DNA from: Candidatus Marinacidobacterium sp.
GTDB taxonomy: Bacteria > Acidobacteriota > Vicinamibacteria > Marinacidobacterales > Marinacidobacteraceae
Reading direction: 5' to 3'
NCBI GenBank assembly: GCA_965204755.1
Contig: OZ242011.1
Span: 224,001-288,000 of the forward strand
DNA length: 64,000 bases
Positions within the stretch are counted from its first letter, which is position 1. Each line of letters starts with the position of its first letter. Shown piece by piece: positions 57,408-64,000 of this stretch. The notes below the pieces were generated by a model that saw nothing but the letters and a program-made list of their open reading frames with translations, made no database searches and was not told the origin of the DNA. A program made the translations under genes and the position numbers.

Positions 57408-60400
57408 GTGAAGGGCGTCGTTCCCGGTTTCCTCCGCCGCTCGCGGCGCTCGATCGCCGCGATGACCGGCAGCCGGACCCTTCCGGGCGGCCCCGCGGCG
57501 TACCTCGCCGTCGTTTCCGCGCTGGCCGCGGCCCTGGTGACGGCGCGCCTGTTCACTTGGGGAGCGGGCTGGCACTGGGACTCCGTCCGCTACCTCGCCG
57601 CGGCGCGCTCGCTGCTGGCCGGAAGCGGGTTCCTGGACGCCGACTCCGCGCCCGGATACCACCTCTGGCCTCCGCTCTATCCGCTGCTGCTGGCCGCGGG
57701 CGGCCTCTTCGTCGACCCCGTCGAAATCCCCGGCCCGCTGAACGCAGCCGCCTTCGCGCTGACGATCTTCTGCTTCGGCCGCTACCTGTGGACCCGCCTG
57801 GACTCGCCCTTCCTCCGGGTCTGGGCGCCGCTCGCCTGCGCGCTCTCCCTCCCGCTCGCGGAGAACGCCCGCTGGGCGATGACCGAGACGATCTTCATCC
57901 TGCTGGTGACGCTCGCGCTCATGGGCGTCGACGAGTACCGGGCGAACGGCTCGTCGAAGGCCCTCGTCTTCGCCGCGGCGTTCTCCGCCCTGGCCTGGCA
58001 AACCAGACACGCCGGAGCGGCGCTGGTCGTGGCCGCGGGGCTCCTGATCCTGTCGGACCGGCGGCGGCCGTTCCGCGAACGGTTGGGGCACTCGGCGATC
58101 TTCGGCGCCATAACCGGCGCGCCCATGGCGCTGTGGCTCTGGCGGACTCACCGCCTCCTCGGGACGCCGATCACGACCGTCCGCCCGGAAACGGCGCTCG
58201 GCTGGCGAGAGATCTTCGACGGCACGGTCAGCCGCCTGGCGAGTTGGACCGACTTCGATACCGGGCCCGCGACGCTCGCCGTCGTCTCGTCCCTGGCGCT
58301 CGCCGCGGTTCTCGCCCGGAAGCGGCTCCGGACGACCGGCCTCCTGACGAGCGGCCGCCCGACGAGCGGCCGCGCCGTAACCGGCCCGAACTGGCTGGCG
58401 GCGTGGGGGCTCTTCTGGCTCCTGTATCTCGTCCTCGTAGTGGTCGCGCTGCGTACGGGATCCACCTGGCACGGCGTGCAGGGCCGTCACCTCACGCCGC
58501 TGTTTGTCCCGACGGTGGCCGTCGTGGCCGGCCTGTGCGACCGGTTCTTCGCCCGTACGCGAAACCGCCGCGCGGTCGCAGCCGCCGTTGGAGCAGCGGG
58601 ACCCTTTCGTCGGGCCGGCAACGGTCTCCGCCGCCTGTCGGGCCCGGCCTCCCGGATCGCCGCAGTGACCCTGCTGTCCTGCTGGTTGGTCGGACAGGCC
58701 GGCCCCGCCGTCGAGGCCGTCGCCATCGAGAACTCGGGGGATTCCACCCGGACCGGTTACGGCTCGGCTCGATGGGCCGACTCGGAGATGCTGCGCGCCC
58801 TTCGCCCGTCCGCCGCGGCGCCGCGCCCCGACGCCAGGCTGTATTCCAATGTCCGGTCGGCCGTGTCGTTGTATGCAGGCGCGCTCGGCATGTTCTACAT
58901 ACCGCCGAGTCGCGAACTCGCCGTAGAAGCGGTACGGGCCCGGTGGCTCGACCGAGTGCCCGACGGGAGCCGCATCGCCTGGTTTCGGCGATGGGAGCAG
59001 GGCCGGGAGCGCTTCGCCCCGACGCCGTTCTCGCTGCGGGTATCGCCGAGTCTCGTTCCGGTCGGCGAGTTCGCCGACGGAACGATCTTCGAAGTCGATC
59101 GGACTCCTTCGCCGGCGATGCCTTCCCCGCTGACGATCCACTTCGACTCGGTGGTCGCCGACTCGCCGGACGCGCTGCGGGCGGGCGAGGTGTTCGACCT
59201 GTACATCGAGGGAGGCAACCTCTGGTACCACCGGCAACCCTGCGTTCCCGGCGATGTGGAGGAACGATTCCGACTGGCCCTCACGGGCTCGACCCTCGAG
59301 GACCCGGACGGGCGCCGCCGAAAGAACCTGGACTTCGACTTCGCCGATTACGGGGTCCTGTCGAACGGCCGGTGCCTGGCCGTCGTCCCGCTTCGCGCGG
59401 ACGGCCACTCGAAGTTCGAGACCGGCCAGCGGTCCGGGCCGACCCCGTGGCGGGCCTCGGGGCTGCTCGATCCGGAGGGACATCGGGAGGCGCTTCGTTC
59501 GCTGACGGCGGGGGAGTGGGGTGAACCCGAGGCGCGGGCCGCCTTCGATGTCTATCTCGACGGAAACGAGATCCGGTACTTCCGGGAACCGTGCGACGCC
59601 CGCGATGCGGAGGCCCGATTCTTCTTGCACTTCTACGGCCCGCCGACCGAGTGGACGCCCGGTTCGCCGGCGGATGCGGCCCGGAGGCGGGTGTTCGCAA
59701 ACCGGGACTTCGCTTTCTTCGAATACGGCGTCATCCTCGGCGACCGTTGCCTGGCGATGGTTCCGGCGGCGGACCCGGCCGCCTACCGCGTCTCGACCGG
59801 CCAGTTCGCGGCGGGGGAAACGCCGGACTGGAGCGTCGACCTGTGGCCCGGGAAGCGCCTGCTCGAATCGCAACTCGAATCCATCTCCTCCGGCCGGCTC
59901 GGCGAGCCGCAGGCCCGCTCCGCTTTCGATCTCTACTTCCGCGAAGACGAGATCCTCTACTACCGGGCGCCCTGTTCCGCGGCCGACCTGGAAGGGAGAT
60001 TCGCCCTCTCCCTCCACCCGGCCGCCGGCCTCGCGCCCGGAGGCGAACCGCTGAACCGGGACTTCGACTTCCACGCCCACGGCATCCTCGAGGACGGGAG
60101 ATGCCTCGCGCTCGTCCCCCTTCCGGAGGGGCGTTTCGGAAGAGTGGAGACCGGCCAGTGGGCCGGCGCCGGGCCCTGGCGGGTCTCGCGGCGGCTCGAC
60201 CTCGACCGCTACCGCGCCGCGCTCGCTTCGTGGACGGAAGGGGAATGGGGCGAACCCGAGGTCCGGGCCGCGTTCGACCTCTACGACCGAGAGGGGGAAA
60301 TCCGCTATGTCAGGAAGCCCTGCGCGGCCGGGGACACGGAGGCGCGGTTCTACCTCCACTTCCACCGGGTCGGGGACCCGGCGGCCGAGAACCGGGACTT

Positions 60401-60932
60401 CGACTTCGAGGAGTACGGCGTGAGGCTGGGCGACGCCTGCCTGGCGATCGCGCCGCAGCCGCAGGGGGACTTCCGTCGGATCGCGACCGGTCAATTCATC
60501 GGCGGGAGCGCCCCGATCTGGCGGGCGGAACTCCGACCGGAGAGGCGGCGGCGCGAATCGCTTCTCGAATCCATCGCCGCCGGCCGCCGAGGCCCGCCGG
60601 CGGCGCGTTCCAACTTCGACCTCCACCTCATCGACTCGGCGCTGGTGTTCCATCGGGCGGACTGCTCGGCGGACGATGCGGAAGCGCGTTTCTTCCTCCA
60701 CCTCTACGCGGAAGACGCCGCGGACCTCCCGCCGGCGCGGAGGAACGACGGCTTCGAGAATCGGGACTTCGACTTCGGCGACTTCGGCGACTCGCTCGCC
60801 GGCGCCTGTATCGCGCGCGTCCCGCTTCCCGACTACCCGATCTCGCGGATTCGAACCGGGCAATTCCGCCCCGGCGGCGAAACCCTCTGGAGCGCCGAAC
60901 CGCGACTCCGCCCTGCGGGCCCCCCGCGCTGA
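57408..60932 (+). CDS. GT-C (ArnT/PMT-like) multi-TM protein with five C-terminal repeated domains
   Basis: WDSVRYLAAARSL, WPPLYPLLLA, MTETIF and about 10 TMs, then five repeats of about 105-125 aa; alternative ATG at 57462. Confidence 0.75.
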   Translation: MKGVVPGFLRRSRRSIAAMTGSRTLPGGPAAYLAVVSALAAALVTARLFTWGAGWHWDSVRYLAAARSLLAGSGFLDADSAPGYHLWPPLYPLLLAAGGLFVDPVEIPGPLNAAAFALTIFCFGRYLWTRLDSPFLRVWAPLACALSLPLAENARWAMTETIFILLVTLALMGVDEYRANGSSKALVFAAAFSALAWQTRHAGAALVVAAGLLILSDRRRPFRERLGHSAIFGAITGAPMALWLWRTHRLLGTPITTVRPETALGWREIFDGTVSRLASWTDFDTGPATLAVVSSLALAAVLARKRLRTTGLLTSGRPTSGRAVTGPNWLAAWGLFWLLYLVLVVVALRTGSTWHGVQGRHLTPLFVPTVAVVAGLCDRFFARTRNRRAVAAAVGAAGPFRRAGNGLRRLSGPASRIAAVTLLSCWLVGQAGPAVEAVAIENSGDSTRTGYGSARWADSEMLRALRPSAAAPRPDARLYSNVRSAVSLYAGALGMFYIPPSRELAVEAVRARWLDRVPDGSRIAWFRRWEQGRERFAPTPFSLRVSPSLVPVGEFADGTIFEVDRTPSPAMPSPLTIHFDSVVADSPDALRAGEVFDLYIEGGNLWYHRQPCVPGDVEERFRLALTGSTLEDPDGRRRKNLDFDFADYGVLSNGRCLAVVPLRADGHSKFETGQRSGPTPWRASGLLDPEGHREALRSLTAGEWGEPEARAAFDVYLDGNEIRYFREPCDARDAEARFFLHFYGPPTEWTPGSPADAARRRVFANRDFAFFEYGVILGDRCLAMVPAADPAAYRVSTGQFAAGETPDWSVDLWPGKRLLESQLESISSGRLGEPQARSAFDLYFREDEILYYRAPCSAADLEGRFALSLHPAAGLAPGGEPLNRDFDFHAHGILEDGRCLALVPLPEGRFGRVETGQWAGAGPWRVSRRLDLDRYRAALASWTEGEWGEPEVRAAFDLYDREGEIRYVRKPCAAGDTEARFYLHFHRVGDPAAENRDFDFEEYGVRLGDACLAIAPQPQGDFRRIATGQFIGGSAPIWRAELRPERRRRESLLESIAAGRRGPPAARSNFDLHLIDSALVFHRADCSADDAEARFFLHLYAEDAADLPPARRNDGFENRDFDFGDFGDSLAGACIARVPLPDYPISRIRTGQFRPGGETLWSAEPRLRPAGPPR
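59180..60900 (+). repeat. Five protein-level repeats FDLY...Y.R.PC...D.EARF.LH...NRDFDF..YG....CLA..P...TGQ...W
   Basis: Manual alignment of the five segments. Confidence 0.85.
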
Positions 60933-61014
60933 GCCGCCCGTCGAGAAAGTCCGGAAGCCAATTCGACGCCCGGCCGCGCGGGTTGGCGCGGCCGGGTTCA
61001 CCGCCGGAGCGAAC

Positions 61015-62211
61015 TCAGTGCTGCAGGCGGTTGACGACCCGGAAGACCCCCGGAGTGCTCCGGGCGATGGACTCGAGCACCCGCGCCTCCACCGGGCTGC
61101 GCACGACGCCGGTGAGCGCCACCACGCCCCGCGACACCACGATGTGGATCGGCGGATTCACCCGGTTCGCGCGGTCGGAGAATCTCGAGTCGCGGTAGAT
61201 CCGGTAGTAGAGCGCCCGCCGCAGGTCCTGGTCGTTCGGCGAGAGCGGCAGCACCTCGATCCGGTTGTCCACGCCGCTGACGCCGAAGACCTTCGACACC
61301 CGCTCTTCGACTTCGTCCTTCTTGAACGGCTCGGTAACCGCGCCGAGCAGGACGATCCGGTTCCCGTCCTCGAGGGAGAAGTTGAGGTCGTCGAAGACCG
61401 TGTAGTACGAGTAGCGAAGGATCGCCCGGCGGACGCCGTCCACCAGGTCGTCCCGGCTTTCGGGCGCCGCGACCTCGAGGTCCGGGTCCACCGCCGCCAC
61501 GCCGGCCACCGACTCCGCCCGCTCGTTCACTTCCCGCCAGTCCCGGAAGTGCGCCACCTGTCCGGTCAGGCGGACGACGCCGTCCTCGACCGCGACCTGC
61601 GGAGCGCCGATTTCGAGGTCCGCGTCCTCGAGAGCCGCCACCACATCGGAGCGGACGGCCTCGTCGGGACGGCGGGCCGCCGCCGGCCCGACGCCGCCCT
61701 CCGCGGGGGAGGCCCGGTCGGCGCGCCGGTCGGCGGGTCGGGCCGCCGCCGCCGGGGTCGGCGCTTCCGACCCGGCGGCGGCGGTCCGCCCGGACGACTC
61801 CTCCCCTTCCCCGCGTTCGGACTCGTCCTCCTCGGCGTTCGGCTCCAGCACGGTGAGGTCGGTCTCGACGGCGACCACCCCCTCGACGAACAGCGCCAGT
61901 TCCACCACGCGGGCGCGGGTGGACTCCCGCAGGACTTCGCCCTCCAGGTAGGCCACCCCGTCGCGCACGGTGACTTCGAAGAGACCGATCGGCAGGTCGG
62001 CCTCCTCGATGGCCGCCGTGACCTCTTCGGTCAGCACGGTGTCCGACCGGGGCTGGGCGGGCGCGGGAACCGCGGCGAACGCCGCGACCGGCGCGGCGAC
62101 CGACAGGGCGAAAAGCAGGGCGAAAAGCAGGGCGGGAAACAGGGTGCGAGGCAGGACGCGCGCCGGAGTCCCGAACGCCGGGCGCCGTTCCGAGTAGAGC
62201 ATCGAAGTCAT
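61015..62211 (-). CDS. BON-domain protein (three BON domains), secreted
   Basis: Signal peptide; VRDGVAYLEGEV, VEDGVVRLTGQV and GVVALTGVV..GVFRVVNRL. Confidence 0.85.
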   Translation of the reverse strand: MTSMLYSERRPAFGTPARVLPRTLFPALLFALLFALSVAAPVAAFAAVPAPAQPRSDTVLTEEVTAAIEEADLPIGLFEVTVRDGVAYLEGEVLRESTRARVVELALFVEGVVAVETDLTVLEPNAEEDESERGEGEESSGRTAAAGSEAPTPAAAARPADRRADRASPAEGGVGPAAARRPDEAVRSDVVAALEDADLEIGAPQVAVEDGVVRLTGQVAHFRDWREVNERAESVAGVAAVDPDLEVAAPESRDDLVDGVRRAILRYSYYTVFDDLNFSLEDGNRIVLLGAVTEPFKKDEVEERVSKVFGVSGVDNRIEVLPLSPNDQDLRRALYYRIYRDSRFSDRANRVNPPIHIVVSRGVVALTGVVRSPVEARVLESIARSTPGVFRVVNRLQH

Positions 62212-62308
62212 GGGTTCTCCTTCCACTCCCGGATTTTTGCAACCCGCGTGCCCCCGCCGGGCGCCCCGCGGCCTGGCCACCGCCGTCACCCCGGGGGCGA
62301 AACCCCGA

Positions 62309-62794
62309 TCAAAGCGGATCTTCCGCGAGACCGGCGAGGCCGAGCACCACCCGCCAGTGCTCGGGAGTCACCGGCTGGACCGAGAGCCGCTGTCCCCGCT
62401 TCAGCAGCGCCATCCCCTCGAGTTCGGGCTGCCCGCGAAGGAAAGGCAGCGGGAGTTCCTCCGCCAGCCGGGCGACGAATTCGATGTCCACCATGTACCA
62501 CCACGGCTTCTCCTCGGTGGCCCGGGGGTCGTGGTAGTGCGATTCCGGATCGAACTGGGTGAAGTCCGGGTACGCCAGCCGGCAGACCCGCGCCAGCCCG
62601 GCGATCCCCGGCGGCTTGGCGTTCGAGTGGTAGAAGAGCACGCCGTCCCCGATCTCCATGCTCTTCATGAGGTTCCTCGCCTTGAAGTTCCGCACCCCGT
62701 CCCAGTGCGTCCGCCCGTCGCGCTCCAGATCGGAGATCCCATAGACCTCCGGTTCACTCTTCATCAGCCAGTAGCGCCGCCCGGTCCCGCTCAC
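62309..62794 (-). CDS. EVE domain protein
   Basis: YWLMKSEP, WDGVRNFKARN, GDGVLFYHS, AYPDFTQFDP and RLSVQPV. Confidence 0.92.
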   Translation of the reverse strand: MSGTGRRYWLMKSEPEVYGISDLERDGRTHWDGVRNFKARNLMKSMEIGDGVLFYHSNAKPPGIAGLARVCRLAYPDFTQFDPESHYHDPRATEEKPWWYMVDIEFVARLAEELPLPFLRGQPELEGMALLKRGQRLSVQPVTPEHWRVVLGLAGLAEDPL

Positions 62795-62861
62795 GGAACG
62801 GAGACTAGCAGCCGGCGTCCGCTCGGTACACTCGGTGGCCCTCGAGAGGAGATCTCCTGCG

Positions 62862-64000
62862 ATGAATCGTCCCGCCACCACCCCGCTTCTCGCTTCGCTG
62901 CTCCTGGCCTCCACCGCCGCAGCCGCCGCCGCGCAGCAGCCCGGCGACTGGGACGACCGCATCCGCGAAGCGGTCGCCGTCCACGAAGAGGAGACCGTGG
63001 CCTTCCGCGAGCACATCCACGAGTTCCCCGAACTGGGGAACCGGGAATTCGAGACCGCGCGGAGGGTCGCGGAGCACCTGCGGGCGCTCGGCTTCGACGA
63101 AGTGCGGGAGAAGGTCGCGCACACCGGCGTCGTCGGCGTGCTGCGCGGCGGCCGTCCGGGGCCGGTGGTCGCGGTGCGCGCCGACATGGACGCCCTCCCG
63201 GTGACCGAAGACACCGACCTGCCCTTCGCCTCCAAGGTGCGCACCACCTACAACGACCAGGAAGTCGGCGTGATGCACGCCTGCGGACACGATGTCCACA
63301 CCGCGGTGCAATACGGCGTCGCGTCGGTGCTCGCCGGGCTCCGCAGCGAACTCCCCGGCACGGTGCTCTTCATCTTCCAGCCGGCGGAGGAAGGCCCGCC
63401 CCCGGGAGAGAGGGGCGGCGCCGAACTCATGCTCGAAGAAGGCGCCTTCGCCGACCCCCGTCCGCAGGCGATCTTCGGGCTCCACACGCTCTCCGGGCTC
63501 CCGCTGGGGACGATCGGCTACACCTCCGGGCCGGCGCTCGCGGCGGTGGACCACTTCCAGGCGACGATCACCGGCGTGCAGACCCACGGCGCGCAGCCGC
63601 AGGCCGGGGTGGATCCGGTGGTGATGGCGGCGCAGGCGATCCTCGGCATCCAGACCATCGCCTCGAGGAATGTGCACCCGCTGAAGCCGGTGGTCGTAAC
63701 CGTGGGCATGGTGCACGGCGGCCAGCGCTTCAACATCATTCCCGACACCGTGGACATCGAAGGCACCGTGCGCACCTACGACCCGGAGGTGCGCGACCTG
63801 GTGGAGGCGCGGATGGCGGAGGTCCTCGACGGCGTCACCGCCTCCGGCGGGGGCTCGTACTCGCTCGACTACCGCCGGGGAATGCCGGCGACGATCAACG
63901 ACCCGGAACTCACCGACGAGAGCCTGCCCTCCGTCACCCGCGTGGTCGGAGCGGAGAACACCGAAGAACTCGACCCGACCATGGGCGGCGAGGACTTCTC
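62862..64000 (+). CDS. M20D amidohydrolase, secreted (runs off window end)
   Basis: Own translation from ATG 62862: HEFPELGNREFET, VAVRADMDALPV, MHACGHDVH, IFQPAEEG, FNIIPD and MGGEDF. Confidence 0.92.
   Translation, partial: MNRPATTPLLASLLLASTAAAAAAQQPGDWDDRIREAVAVHEEETVAFREHIHEFPELGNREFETARRVAEHLRALGFDEVREKVAHTGVVGVLRGGRPGPVVAVRADMDALPVTEDTDLPFASKVRTTYNDQEVGVMHACGHDVHTAVQYGVASVLAGLRSELPGTVLFIFQPAEEGPPPGERGGAELMLEEGAFADPRPQAIFGLHTLSGLPLGTIGYTSGPALAAVDHFQATITGVQTHGAQPQAGVDPVVMAAQAILGIQTIASRNVHPLKPVVVTVGMVHGGQRFNIIPDTVDIEGTVRTYDPEVRDLVEARMAEVLDGVTASGGGSYSLDYRRGMPATINDPELTDESLPSVTRVVGAENTEELDPTMGGEDF

Noticed and set aside
62309-62794. EVE domain as a modification-dependent restriction component
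   Set aside because: Stand-alone canonical EVE protein with no nuclease fusion or neighbour.

Overview
High-GC bacterial chromosomal window, read by eye; no searches were run. It carries the contiguous rplM-rpsI-rpsB-tsf(short form)-pyrH-frr block and a carD-like/xseA/xseB/ispA/nadK block. Many signal-peptide-bearing peptidases and amidohydrolases are present, along with ahcY, tpx, an octaheme HAO-family plus NapC/NirT cytochrome module and several surface-glycosylation genes. Gene order and content suggest an Acidobacteriota/Gemmatimonadota-like, possibly host-associated organism (inference). Accessory stretches are 5.1-6.6 kb (SDH-type Clp protease plus two small paralogous proteins) and 15.6-22.9 kb (gene fragments, IS1634-like remnant, orphan DUF1156 DNA methylase, a non-coding array of 15 short direct repeats around an IHF-like site, a heptad-repeat protein). 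Other notable signals are near-absence of AGCT and ACGT across the window, long homopolymer tracts in two tandem SGNH genes, a tandem-fused XseB, and a GT-C-like membrane protein with five copies of a Cys-containing domain I cannot name. I recognised no tRNA, rRNA or CRISPR array.
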